Of a DNA stretch of 64,000 bases, positions 46,408 through 55,924 are shown piece by piece. The notes under the pieces are model-generated. The model was not told where the DNA came from. It saw only the letters and a list, made by a program, of their open reading frames with translations, and did not search any database. This stretch comes from an uncultured bacterium (lineage in GTDB: Bacteria > Chlamydiota > Chlamydiia > Chlamydiales > 2-12-FULL-49-11): contig CAZKFL010000005.1 of NCBI GenBank assembly GCA_964552055.1, forward strand, positions 4,184 to 68,183. The letters are read 5' to 3'. The number at the start of each line of letters is the position of its first letter. Positions within the stretch are counted from its first letter, which is position 1. A program made the translations under genes and the position numbers.

Positions 46408-47211
46408 ATGATAAAGCAGCTAGCATTTTTTTTGTTTGTACTAACTAGCAGTTTAGGCGCAACTCCCATTAAAGATTATACAATTGATTCTAAAGCACTT
46501 TCTGAGCTCGCTTTAGCCTTTGATATTACTGATAATCAAAATATTGTTGAAGAGACCCAAAAAAAGTGGCTCCGAAAAAACGGCCAAGAAAGGTGGGAAG
46601 TAGATAAACTTGATTCAAATTTATCTAATTTTGTGTTGAGTTGGGCAAATGAGAATGGATTTTTTGAAGAACGGACACCTTCATCTTTAACCTATGATAA
46701 AGCCTTTATTCTAGGAGCAACTACCTCTCGAATGAAAATGCGACTAGAGCATCTTAAAAAACTTTGGATAAATGGCATTAGATTTTCCGAAGTAGTTTGG
46801 CTGACAGGTGAAAGACCACTTGATGAAAGAGTTGATACACTATTAGATCTTTGTAAAACGGAATCAGACGCTGCTAAAATCGTTTGGGAAAGCAGTGACT
46901 TACCACAAGATATGGCTAACTTACCCGTTACATTTATCTCTGTCCCTATGAAAATTGAGAAGGGAAATCTTATTCGCCCCAACACAGCAGACACTATTCT
47001 TGCTTATGTAGAGAAAGCTAAGGATCCTATCAAAGCTTTATTCATCTCAAACCAGCCCTATTGTAATTACCAATTTGCTGTAATTAAAAAGTTCTTACCT
47101 GAAGAATTTATCTTTGACATTGCTGGTCCGGGTGTCGATTCTGAAAACAGCACTATTAATGCCGCAGTCATTCTTGATTCTATCGCTAGAGAACTTTATC
47201 TCTCATCCTAA
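46408..47211 (+). CDS. Hypothetical exported protein
   Basis: The 267-aa ORF has a signal peptide (MIKQLAFFLFVLTSSLGA). I cannot assign a catalytic motif. Confidence 0.6.
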   Translation: MIKQLAFFLFVLTSSLGATPIKDYTIDSKALSELALAFDITDNQNIVEETQKKWLRKNGQERWEVDKLDSNLSNFVLSWANENGFFEERTPSSLTYDKAFILGATTSRMKMRLEHLKKLWINGIRFSEVVWLTGERPLDERVDTLLDLCKTESDAAKIVWESSDLPQDMANLPVTFISVPMKIEKGNLIRPNTADTILAYVEKAKDPIKALFISNQPYCNYQFAVIKKFLPEEFIFDIAGPGVDSENSTINAAVILDSIARELYLSS

Positions 47212-47232
47212 GAACCTCTATTGAATTCTTTG

Positions 47233-47733
47233 TTATTCAGCGGTAGGAGGTGCAAACTTAAGTTTCTTCCAGCCTTGATACAGAAAGAGAACTGATAAAA
47301 TTAGATAAAGTGGCCAGTACTTACTTTTCCATTCAAGCGCTACTTTGCCTTGATCGGAAAGAAAAAACAGGAGCCAAGCAAGTGTGAAAAGCCATCCACC
47401 AATAGATAAAAGAAGAATTGAACCAAGTTTACTACTTTCTTCCGCATTCAATTTAGGAGAAACTTTTTTTTCTCTTTTCTTTTCTGGAACTTTTTCTTCG
47501 ACAATTTCTTCTTCGGGTTCTTCAGGAGCTATAATACCAAATCTGCTAGAAGTTTTGTCTGGAGAATACGGCGGCTGATAAAGTCCTGCAAGACTATCTT
47601 CTGTTTGATAGGGAGTCCTAACTTTTGTAGCGCCCTTAGAAAATGAAGAACCACAGTATCTGCAATCCTCAGCTTCAAACGGTACATTCCCTTCACAAAA
47701 GGGACACATCTTTACTTTTTCCTTCAAGCCCAT
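47233..47733 (-). CDS. Hypothetical zinc-ribbon membrane protein
   Basis: N-terminal CPFC-x13-CRYC forms a zinc-ribbon pattern. It is followed by a Glu/Lys-rich linker and two C-terminal TM segments (LGSILLLSIGGWLFTLAWLLFFL, YWPLYLILSVLFLY). Confidence 0.6.
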   Translation of the reverse strand: MGLKEKVKMCPFCEGNVPFEAEDCRYCGSSFSKGATKVRTPYQTEDSLAGLYQPPYSPDKTSSRFGIIAPEEPEEEIVEEKVPEKKREKKVSPKLNAEESSKLGSILLLSIGGWLFTLAWLLFFLSDQGKVALEWKSKYWPLYLILSVLFLYQGWKKLKFAPPTAE

Positions 47734-47790
47734 ATTTCTATATTACTCATTACAGTTGATTTTTAGAAGTTCTTTGTATATACAGAAGTG

Positions 47791-49182
47791 ATGGAATATG
47801 ATGTGATTGTGATAGGCGGCGGTCCTGGAGGTTATGTCTCAAGCATTAAGGCAGCTCAACTTGGCTTAAAAGTAGCTCTCATTGAAAAAGAAAAAGTGGG
47901 CGGTACTTGTCTTTTAAGAGGATGTATTCCCACAAAAACTTTGATTGCAAATGCTCATGTCGTTTCAATGATTCAAAAGGCTAGCAACTTTGGAGTTACT
48001 GTCGATGGATTTCACATTAACTATGCAAAAATGAAAGAAAGAAAAGATGGGGTTATCGACACTCTCTGGAAGGGCGTGACGCATCTTATTCGAACAAATG
48101 GAATTTATTTTTTTACAGGTACAGCCTCTTTTATTTCACCAAATGAAATCAAAATTAAAGGAGAGCATCCAAATATTATTCGGGGCAAAAAAATTATCAT
48201 CGCAACAGGTTCTGTTCCCTCGACAATTTTGTCCGCACCTATTGACTACCACCTGATTCATGACTCAACCTCCATATTAGAACTTACAAAGCTTCCTAAA
48301 TCACTGATTATTCTTGGCGCTGGTTATATTGGATGTGAATTTGCCTCGCTTTTTTCTGAGCTCGGCGTAAATGTAACACTTGTAGAATTTCTTCCAGGAA
48401 TTGTATGGACCCAAGGAAAAACCATCTCCGAATTTCTCACAAAATCGTTTATCAAAAAAGGAATAGAGCTGAAGTGTAGTGTAAAAATGGAAACGTGTAA
48501 GAAAAATGAAAATGGAGTGACTCTCTCCTTAAGTGACGGCACATCTCTTGATGCAGACATGCTTCTAGTTTCCGTTGGAAGAAAGCCCTATACAGACGAT
48601 TTAAATTTGGGAGGCGCAGGAATTGGAACAACTGCCCACGGTTTTATTCCTGTGAATGAAAAAATGGAAACGGACGTTAAAGGGATTTATGCAATCGGTG
48701 ATGTAACCGGAAAATCCATGCTTGCACACTCAGCTTCACATCAAGGCATCATAGCCGCACAAAACTGTGCTGGCAAATCAGAAAAAATGCACTACGAAGC
48801 AATTCCAGCAGTGATATTTACAGACCCTGAAATTGCAACAGTTGGCTATACACTTGAGCTTGCAAAAGAAAAAGGATTTGATGCTAGAAGCGATCGATTT
48901 CCCTTTGCAGCTCTTGGGAAAGCTATGGCGGGTCTTGAAACAGAAGGATACGCAGAACTTGTAACAGAAAAGAAAACAGGACGAATTTTGGGAGCCTTTT
49001 TAGTCGGCAGTAATGCTGGTAATCTGATCTCCGAAATGACTTTAGCAATTGATAATGAAATCACTCTTGAAGCGCTCATTAATACCATCCATCCCCACCC
49101 AACTCTTTCTGAGAGCTTTGCAGAAGCAGCATTGCTCGCTCTTGGAATGCCCATTCACCTTCCTCCCCCACAAAAAAAATGA
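47791..49182 (+). CDS. lpdA: Dihydrolipoyl dehydrogenase (E3)
   Basis: The ORF has VIGGGPGGY, the redox-active GGTCLLRGCIPTK, and the C-terminal HPHPTLSE. I prefer the ATG at 47791 over the GTG at 47788. Confidence 0.93.
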   Translation: MEYDVIVIGGGPGGYVSSIKAAQLGLKVALIEKEKVGGTCLLRGCIPTKTLIANAHVVSMIQKASNFGVTVDGFHINYAKMKERKDGVIDTLWKGVTHLIRTNGIYFFTGTASFISPNEIKIKGEHPNIIRGKKIIIATGSVPSTILSAPIDYHLIHDSTSILELTKLPKSLIILGAGYIGCEFASLFSELGVNVTLVEFLPGIVWTQGKTISEFLTKSFIKKGIELKCSVKMETCKKNENGVTLSLSDGTSLDADMLLVSVGRKPYTDDLNLGGAGIGTTAHGFIPVNEKMETDVKGIYAIGDVTGKSMLAHSASHQGIIAAQNCAGKSEKMHYEAIPAVIFTDPEIATVGYTLELAKEKGFDARSDRFPFAALGKAMAGLETEGYAELVTEKKTGRILGAFLVGSNAGNLISEMTLAIDNEITLEALINTIHPHPTLSESFAEAALLALGMPIHLPPPQKK

Positions 49183-50108
49183 GTGACGCCCTCTTTGATT
49201 CAAAACCCAAACTAAATAGGCTACCTGTAAATCCGGATGCCACATCAATAGGAAGGTTTCCTAAATGGCTTCACATCCCTATGCTTACAGGAAAAAACCT
49301 CTTCCAAACAGATTCTATCTTAAAAAAATATAATGTAAACACTGTATGCGAAGAAGCTAAGTGCCCTAACAGACTCGAATGCTTCTCTAAAAAAACGGCT
49401 ACTTTTCTTCTCCTCGGCAAAGAATGCACAAGAGCGTGTGGCTTTTGCGAAATCGATTTTGCAAAAACTCCCAGGCCACCCGAAGAGGATGAGCCTATAC
49501 GAATTGCATTATCCGTCAAAGAACTTGGTCTCAAACACGTTGTTCTCACAATGGTAGCCCGTGATGACCTTTCTGATGGAGGCGCAAACCACCTAGCAAA
49601 AGTTATTTACGAAATAAGAAATCAAAATTCAGGAACTACAATTGAAGTGCTTACCTCTGATTTCTCAGGCAACTTAAATTCAGTTGATATTGTGCTAAAC
49701 ATGGGGCCAGAAATTTATAACTACAACATCGAAACTGTCAAAAGATTAACCCCACAAGTGCGTCATAAAGCAACATACGAAAGGACCCTTACAATCCTCT
49801 CTCATATCAAAAGCTCCAAAAAAGCAACCTTTGTCAAATCTGGCCTTATGTTAGGCTTAGGAGAGACATCAGAGGAAGTCCAAGAAACAATCCGCGATTT
49901 GCATGCAGCCGGAGTCGACATTATCACAATCGGCCAATACCTCCAACCCTCCCGCAAGAAACTCATCGTCAAAGAATTTATAACACCTGCAACCTTCAAA
50001 GCGTATGAAACCTACGCAAACTCAATCGGCATTCCACACACCTATTCCGGTCCTTTTGTCCGCTCCAGCCACAACGCCGCCGCCATCCTAAACAAACTCA
50101 CTAAATAA
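49179..50108 (+). CDS. lipA: Lipoyl synthase
   Basis: CEEAKCPNRLEC is the auxiliary cluster motif and CTRACGFCEI the radical SAM motif. The start overlaps the lpdA stop (ATGA). Confidence 0.93.
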   Translation: MSDALFDSKPKLNRLPVNPDATSIGRFPKWLHIPMLTGKNLFQTDSILKKYNVNTVCEEAKCPNRLECFSKKTATFLLLGKECTRACGFCEIDFAKTPRPPEEDEPIRIALSVKELGLKHVVLTMVARDDLSDGGANHLAKVIYEIRNQNSGTTIEVLTSDFSGNLNSVDIVLNMGPEIYNYNIETVKRLTPQVRHKATYERTLTILSHIKSSKKATFVKSGLMLGLGETSEEVQETIRDLHAAGVDIITIGQYLQPSRKKLIVKEFITPATFKAYETYANSIGIPHTYSGPFVRSSHNAAAILNKLTK

Positions 50109-50149
50109 TTCGATGGATTTTTTTTAGGCATCTGTTATCATTGTGGTAT

Positions 50150-51028
50150 ATGGATATTCCGCTATTAGACGAATTAGATTTGGAAATGCTGATGCATAGA
50201 AATGCTCATTTTAGCGGCAATTTCGCTATTATGCTCGAATATTATGAAAATGAAGGCGTTGGAGCACTTCCTGATTTTGATATCGATCGTATTGCTGAGC
50301 TAATGGCAATAGAAGAAGCTCTTGGTGAAGATCTTGCAGTTAAGCTATTACCCATGCCCGCCGTTGAAGAAATTGAGAAATCAAGATCACTTTATCAAAC
50401 GCTTCAAAGTGTCTATGATCATAAAAATGCCGGTATTGCAACTCTTATCAGTGATTTGATTCTCACTGAAGAAGAAGAGCCTATGGAAGAAATCACTGCA
50501 ATTATTGCTGAAGGGAAAAAAATTGTAGATCCGCTGATTCATATCCTTGATTCTCCTGACCTTTATAATCCCCTCTATCCAGGTTATGGTAGAACTCCTG
50601 CTTTTGCTGCGGTCTGTTTAGATAAAATTGGCGATCCCAAAGCAATTCCCCATCTTTTTGAAGCTCTAGGCGGGGAAAATCTTGATTTAGAGGAAATCTT
50701 TATCGCATCTCTTGTTGCCTTCGGTACACCCGCGAAAACCTTTCTTCTAAAAAAACTAACAGGTAAGCCACTAAGCAAAGACAACTTAAATGCCGCAATG
50801 GCTTTAGCCTTTTTTCCCCTAGATGAAAAAGTAGCAAAAACTGCACTTAAACTGCTCGATGATGAAAAACATCTTACAAATGAATCATTTGCTCCCTATC
50901 TCATCTGCCTAACAGAAGGCTTATCCGATCCAATTGACCGTAAAACATTTGAGACTCTTATCAAAAAACCCTCTTTTCCAAAAGAGCTTAAACTCGACAG
51001 TCAAACCATCCTTCATTCCTGGTTATAA
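50150..51028 (+). CDS. Hypothetical protein with HEAT/PBS-lyase-like repeat segment
   Basis: DKIGDPKAIPHLFEALGGEN resembles HEAT-like repeat units. The ATG at 50150 is in frame with the TTG at 50141 used by the track. Confidence 0.55.
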   Translation: MDIPLLDELDLEMLMHRNAHFSGNFAIMLEYYENEGVGALPDFDIDRIAELMAIEEALGEDLAVKLLPMPAVEEIEKSRSLYQTLQSVYDHKNAGIATLISDLILTEEEEPMEEITAIIAEGKKIVDPLIHILDSPDLYNPLYPGYGRTPAFAAVCLDKIGDPKAIPHLFEALGGENLDLEEIFIASLVAFGTPAKTFLLKKLTGKPLSKDNLNAAMALAFFPLDEKVAKTALKLLDDEKHLTNESFAPYLICLTEGLSDPIDRKTFETLIKKPSFPKELKLDSQTILHSWL

Positions 51029-51097
51029 ACTTTTTATTTCCTTTAAATCTTCATTAAGCATTATTGGCTTTATAGGAATCTTTAAAGGAGAAAAGAA

Positions 51098-51433
51098 ATG
51101 TCAGGTAGCCCTATTGGCCGTATCAGCCCTATTATACAACTTAAAGAGTACTTGGATAGCGTCCCTCTAGAAAGCTTTAAAGAAGAAGAAAAAGCGGGTG
51201 GATCATCGTCAATTGTACCAACAGCTGAAGGAATTATTGCTTCAACAGGAAAAAGCCTAGATAGCGCTCTCTCTCTTTTAGAAAGAAGTGTAACCAATAT
51301 AAATGAAATACAACCTAAAATAGATGCATTACGAGCTCTTATCCTAAGATCACCCACAGATAGTTCAGAAACAATTTCTCCAGTAAGTACTGAGTTTAGA
51401 AGGGGCGCATCTCCAAACCCTTTTGATGATTAG
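51098..51433 (+). CDS. Hypothetical small protein (111 aa)
   Basis: A strong SD (taaaggagaaaagaaATG) supports this ORF. It is Ser/Pro-rich with no recognisable motif. Confidence 0.5.
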   Translation: MSGSPIGRISPIIQLKEYLDSVPLESFKEEEKAGGSSSIVPTAEGIIASTGKSLDSALSLLERSVTNINEIQPKIDALRALILRSPTDSSETISPVSTEFRRGASPNPFDD

Positions 51434-52332
51434 AAAAGCTTTGTTTTTTCGTAAGGCGGAAGTGATCTAATATAGAGATTCAATCTATACTGTTCCTCTG
51501 CCCTAAGTTTATCATCATTAAAGGGAGTCTCTCGATTATATATATAGAGCACACTCGGAATGAATACGGCATGCTCTCTTGCCATTTCGATCATGGGGAA
51601 TAATATTGCTAAATCCCAAGCTGATGAGAAAAATTGCCCTTCAAATTTAAGATCCTCTATCTGAATACGTTTGAAAAGTCCTGCATAAAACGTTCGAAGA
51701 TGAGAAAAAAACCAGTCGGTTGATTTAGAAAATAGTCCGACTTTTCGAAGATTTCCATATTTAAGATACAATTTAAATAAGGGCTCTCTGCAAATTCCTT
51801 TTTCATAATTTGGATAAGTAACATATTGACCGTAAGTCAGCCAAACATTTGGATCATTGTAGTAACGGTTCAACTCGTTAAAAACATGGTCATTTGCAAG
51901 AAAATCATCCCCATCCAATAAAATGCAAATTTCATCATCTTTGCAGGAATGGATCGCATAATAAAGATTTGCTAACGCTTTTTGATTGATAGGATTTTTC
52001 TTAACTTCGACTCTACTACTTGCTCCAAATGCTTCAACGCATTTAATAGCTTTATGATAGGTATCATCAGTTGAGGCATCATCAATATAGATAACTCGAT
52101 AATTGTCATATTTTTGTGAAAGAACAGAGCTTAAATTTTTTTCAACATAAGCCTCATTATTGTAAGACGGAATAATCACTACAAATGACTTTTTTTCTTT
52201 TACAAGTCGCTTATCAATTGGATGGTACGAGGATTTCTCTTTTGCATTTTTTGCAAGTTTTCTTCTCACAGTCTTTCCCAATCCGAAAAACAAACTCGCT
52301 GCAATAAGTAAAGAAATCACCATTTTTTTCAT
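51430..52332 (-). CDS. Family 2 glycosyltransferase with N-terminal membrane anchor
   Basis: The ORF has VVIIPSYNNEAYVEKNLSSVLSQKYDNYRVIYIDDASTDDT and ILLDGDDF (DXD). The N-terminal TM segment is MKKMVISLLIAASLFFGLG. The ATG at 52332-52330 overlaps the upstream gene's TGA (ATGA). Confidence 0.85.
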   Translation of the reverse strand: MKKMVISLLIAASLFFGLGKTVRRKLAKNAKEKSSYHPIDKRLVKEKKSFVVIIPSYNNEAYVEKNLSSVLSQKYDNYRVIYIDDASTDDTYHKAIKCVEAFGASSRVEVKKNPINQKALANLYYAIHSCKDDEICILLDGDDFLANDHVFNELNRYYNDPNVWLTYGQYVTYPNYEKGICREPLFKLYLKYGNLRKVGLFSKSTDWFFSHLRTFYAGLFKRIQIEDLKFEGQFFSSAWDLAILFPMIEMAREHAVFIPSVLYIYNRETPFNDDKLRAEEQYRLNLYIRSLPPYEKTKLF

Positions 52333-53261
52333 CGAATCATCATCCACAGCATGAATACGCAAACAAAGAGGACTAGAATTCCGAAAGCAAGAATAGAGGT
52401 GAATAAATACATGCGTTTCATCATTTTATGAAGTCGACTTTTTAAATATTCCTCATGATGTGTCATTTCTTCTGTATACCAAGCGCCACTCATCTCTTCA
52501 TTAGCAAAAAGACCAAAAGCTCTTTCAATTTCATTGAAATATCCTGCTGGGAAAATGATGCCATCAAATCCAGGCTGCCTAATTGCCTCTAATACAGCTT
52601 CATGAAATGCAGAAAACACACGTAATGTAACCCGCTTTTTTGTCGATGTTACATCCTTTCCAGGATACTGACTTCCAATTCGCTCCCATCTTTCTTCCGC
52701 AAATTTCAAAGCCTGCTTTAATATAGGATGCCCCATTTTTGCCCCAATAATGCTATTACGCAGTATTGCAGATCGCTGAATTACTGGATTACCGGGCGTT
52801 AAAAGTCCCCCATAAAAAGAATACGTCTTATGCAACTTCTCAAAACTGGCTCTACATTCCATATCATGATCAATATAAAGTCCCCCCATCTTATCTAATA
52901 CAATCAAGCGAACAATATCAGACTTCTCACCAAAATTGTCTGTTGCATCATAAAGTTTTTTGTAAGGACCAAGCAATTCTGTATCAACAGTTTCGTTATT
53001 CCAAAATAACACCTTCCAACGAGGATGAAACTTTTCCCAGCTCTTTAAATTTTGTTTTGACTTTTCAGGAAAATCTTTAGGCCCAAGCCATACAACATGA
53101 ATGATCTCAGGAATTTGGACTTCATTTTCTGAGCTTAACTCTATCTGCCGATTAAAGAGGTCTTCAAATTCTTTCAGGTGCGCTAGATCTTGATCAGTTT
53201 TAACATACTTCCAACACCGCTTTCCTTTTCCCATCAACTCATTAAAATGACTCTTTTTCAT
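52329..53261 (-). CDS. GT32-type (DXD sugar-binding region) glycosyltransferase with C-terminal membrane anchor
   Basis: The ORF has IIHVVWLGPKDFPE and KSDIVRLIVLDKMGGLYIDHDMEC, which are Gly_transf_sug/GT32 blocks. The C-terminal TM segment is MYLFTSILAFGILVLFVCVFMLWMM. I prefer the ATG at 53261; the track uses the TTG at 53288. Confidence 0.75.
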   Translation of the reverse strand: MKKSHFNELMGKGKRCWKYVKTDQDLAHLKEFEDLFNRQIELSSENEVQIPEIIHVVWLGPKDFPEKSKQNLKSWEKFHPRWKVLFWNNETVDTELLGPYKKLYDATDNFGEKSDIVRLIVLDKMGGLYIDHDMECRASFEKLHKTYSFYGGLLTPGNPVIQRSAILRNSIIGAKMGHPILKQALKFAEERWERIGSQYPGKDVTSTKKRVTLRVFSAFHEAVLEAIRQPGFDGIIFPAGYFNEIERAFGLFANEEMSGAWYTEEMTHHEEYLKSRLHKMMKRMYLFTSILAFGILVLFVCVFMLWMMIR

Positions 53262-53354
53262 GGGACTCAGTATATCATTTCCTCGCAAAAAAAATCTTGA
53301 GAAATTTATGGAATCAAGTTGAACTGTAATAATTATATGTTTATATCATAATTT

Positions 53355-54614
53355 ATGGGCCATAAACGTATAAATGCCGATGAAGTTGCTTCAATTATAT
53401 TAGCAGGCGGCGAAGGAACTCGTTTAAAACCACTTACAGAAATTCGATGTAAACCAGCTGTTACATTTGGTGGTCGCTATAGAATCATTGATGTTGCCAT
53501 TTCCAATGCTCTTCACGCAGGGTTTAAAGACATCTATGTGATCTCACAATTTCTAGCGTCTTCATTAAATAACTATATCTTAGAAACGTACTCTTCCGAT
53601 GGATTCATGGGATCGCACTTACAAGTGCTCACTCCTGAGCAAAATTCCGATAATAAAAAAATTTGGTATGAAGGCACTGCAGATGCTGTTCGAAAAAATA
53701 TTGGAAGACTTTTAGAACACCCAGCAAACTACTTTGTTATCCTATCAGGCGACCAACTTTATTCCATGGATCTCTCTCATATGCTAGAAGTTGCAAAAGC
53801 AAATGACGCCGATCTCACCATTGCAACAATCCCTGTAAGCGAAAATGATGCAAAACGAATGGGCGTTATGAAAATAAATAATCATCTAGAAATTACAGAT
53901 TTTTTTGAAAAACCAAATGATGCTGCAAGCCTAGCTAAATTTTCTGTTAGTGAAGAGCTCCTACCTAACGCCAACCTCTCCTTTCTAGGCTCAATGGGAA
54001 TATATATTTTTAAAAGGCAAGCTCTTATAAACCTTTTACAAGAAGATCCGCGAGCAGATTTCGGCAAACATTTAATTCCTACCCAATTAAAGAAAGGAAA
54101 AACTTTTGCCTATATTTTCAACGGTTATTGGCAAGATATTGGAACCATAGGCTCTTACTATGAAGCCAATATGTGTCTTACAGAAAATTCTCATGCATGC
54201 CTAGATCTTTATAATGATATTAAGCCCATCTATACACAATCCTTTTCACTACCAGCAGCCAGGTTAATAAACACAACAGTCACAAACTCAATTATATGCG
54301 AGGGATCAATCATCTCTGCAGCCTATATTTCTCAAAGTATGATTGGGCTAAAAGCCTACATTGAAGAAGATTCCATTCTCAAAAATTCCATCCTAATGGG
54401 CTCATCGCTCCGTTCCAGTAAACCAAACATTCACATAGGCAAAAACTGCCACCTTGAAAAAGTAATTATCGACGAAGGCGCTTACCTAGAAGACAATATC
54501 ACTCTGATCAATAAAAAAGGCATTCTTACTTTTGATTCTCCCGAACTTAGTATCAGAGACGGAATCATAGTTGTTAAATCAGGTGTCCGTATCCCCTCCG
54601 GCTTCACCCTCTAA
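53355..54614 (+). CDS. glgC: Glucose-1-phosphate adenylyltransferase
   Basis: The ORF has ILAGGEGTRLKPLTEIRCKPAVTFGGRYRIIDVAISN and YWQDIGTIGSYYEAN, plus a C-terminal left-handed beta-helix region. Confidence 0.92.
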   Translation: MGHKRINADEVASIILAGGEGTRLKPLTEIRCKPAVTFGGRYRIIDVAISNALHAGFKDIYVISQFLASSLNNYILETYSSDGFMGSHLQVLTPEQNSDNKKIWYEGTADAVRKNIGRLLEHPANYFVILSGDQLYSMDLSHMLEVAKANDADLTIATIPVSENDAKRMGVMKINNHLEITDFFEKPNDAASLAKFSVSEELLPNANLSFLGSMGIYIFKRQALINLLQEDPRADFGKHLIPTQLKKGKTFAYIFNGYWQDIGTIGSYYEANMCLTENSHACLDLYNDIKPIYTQSFSLPAARLINTTVTNSIICEGSIISAAYISQSMIGLKAYIEEDSILKNSILMGSSLRSSKPNIHIGKNCHLEKVIIDEGAYLEDNITLINKKGILTFDSPELSIRDGIIVVKSGVRIPSGFTL

Positions 54615-54636
54615 AACCCTATGTAAAAAAGGGAAA

Positions 54637-54740
54637 TTAGCAAGGATACAATGATGAAAGGATAAAAAAATGAATTTATATCTCTCTTATAATTAGCATG
54701 TTTTTGTTTTTCTATCTTTCCATCATTCTATCCTTGCTAA
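54637..54740. repeat. Imperfect ~28-bp inverted repeat with 48-nt spacer inside a 396-bp gene-free region
   Basis: The left arm is ttagcaaggatacaatgatgaaaggata (54637-54664). The reverse complement of the right arm (54713-54740) is ttagcaaggatagaatgatggaaagata. A related direct repeat aaggataaaaaa(a)tgaa..tgaatt occurs at 54658-54677 and 54813-54836. Confidence 0.7.
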
Positions 54741-55010
54741 AAAAAAATGAACCAAAAATTTGCGTCAAAAATATGTCAAAAAAAGATATGGGTAATAGGA
54801 TGGGCATGATATAAGGATAAAAAATGAAAATGAATTAAAACATGTTGAATTCTTTTTTTATTTCTAGCTAACATCTTGAGGCATTCGCTCTAATTTCCCT
54901 ACTTTCGAATTTCGTTGTGTATACACTTGGTGGCATAATTTAGAAAAAAATGCTGTTTCTCGGGATGTGTCTGATATATTTTAAATTAAGCGTGTGATAG
55001 AGTTAAGAGT

Positions 55011-55769
55011 ATGAAAGTATGGGCGATTGCAGATTTGCATTTATCTTTTGGCGTTCCTAATAAAAAAATGGATGTCTTTGGAGAGCGTTGGAAAGATCAT
55101 AGCGATAGGATTGAAGCACATTGGCGGGAACTCATTTCTGAAGAGGACCTTGTCCTGATTGCAGGGGATATCTCTTGGGCGCTTCATCTTGAAGATGCAG
55201 CAATTGACTTGCAATGGATTGCAAATCTTCCGGGTACAAAAGTGATAAGTAAAGGGAATCACGATCTTTGGTGGAAATCAATGACCAAAGTACAAACAAT
55301 TCTTCCTCCAAGAATGCACCTGATCCACAACAATAGCTTTACATACCAAGGAATTACAATTGGCGGAACAAGACTTTGGGACCATGAAGATAATGACTTT
55401 GGTCAGTATATTGAGTACAAAAAGCCGCCCGAAAATGTAAATGTACATGTTAAAACACATTCGCCAGAAGACGAGCGTCACGATGCAAAGATTTTTAAGG
55501 GAGAACTCGAACGTCTTCACTTAAGTCTTAAAGGACTTGATCCACATGCCCACACACGCATTGCCATGATCCATTATCCACCAACTGGCCCTTCCCATCA
55601 TGAATCTGAAGTGACTAAAATTCTTGACCAATACAAAATCAATTACTGCCTTTATGGCCATCTCCATAATCTAAAGTCCGATGCTCCAGTCGACTTTACT
55701 CTTAATTCCATCCAATACATATGTACCTCTTGTGACTTTCTTCATTTCAAACCCTACCTTATAAAATAA
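55011..55769 (+). CDS. Calcineurin-like metallophosphoesterase
   Basis: The ORF has IADLHLSF, AGDISWA, GNHDLWW, MIHYPP and YGHLHN, the classical metallophosphoesterase motif series. Confidence 0.85.
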   Translation: MKVWAIADLHLSFGVPNKKMDVFGERWKDHSDRIEAHWRELISEEDLVLIAGDISWALHLEDAAIDLQWIANLPGTKVISKGNHDLWWKSMTKVQTILPPRMHLIHNNSFTYQGITIGGTRLWDHEDNDFGQYIEYKKPPENVNVHVKTHSPEDERHDAKIFKGELERLHLSLKGLDPHAHTRIAMIHYPPTGPSHHESEVTKILDQYKINYCLYGHLHNLKSDAPVDFTLNSIQYICTSCDFLHFKPYLIK

Positions 55770-55833
55770 TTTCTATTGACTCTCGTCAAAATCGCTGGCA
55801 GTAGTTTTAGGGAAGAGGGAGAATTAACCACTC

Positions 55834-55923
55834 ATGTTTCTATTTCAAATGATTTTGCTTATTTTATCAATTGTTCTTCTTGGATATCTTCTTGTAAGCA
55901 TTGTATGGCCGGAGAAATTTTAA
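55834..55923 (+). CDS. kdpF: K+-transporting ATPase subunit F (29 aa; not in ORF track)
   Basis: MFLFQMILLILSIVLLGYLLVSIVWPEKF is a single TM helix with the LLGYL...PEKF ending typical of KdpF. Its stop lies 1 nt before the kdpA ATG. Confidence 0.75.
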   Translation: MFLFQMILLILSIVLLGYLLVSIVWPEKF

Positions 55924-55924
55924 T

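Noticed and set aside
51082-51357. A 91-aa minus-strand ORF overlapping the 51098-51433 ORF.
   Set aside because: The plus-strand ORF has a strong AAAGGAGA SD and fits the local gene flow. The minus-strand ORF has no start context. Neither ORF has recognisable motifs, so even the retained call is only moderate.
55901-55924. A kdpA start at 55901 (MYGRRNFN...).
   Set aside because: It would overlap the kdpF coding sequence. The in-frame ATG at 55925, 1 nt after the kdpF stop, gives the usual KdpA N-terminus.
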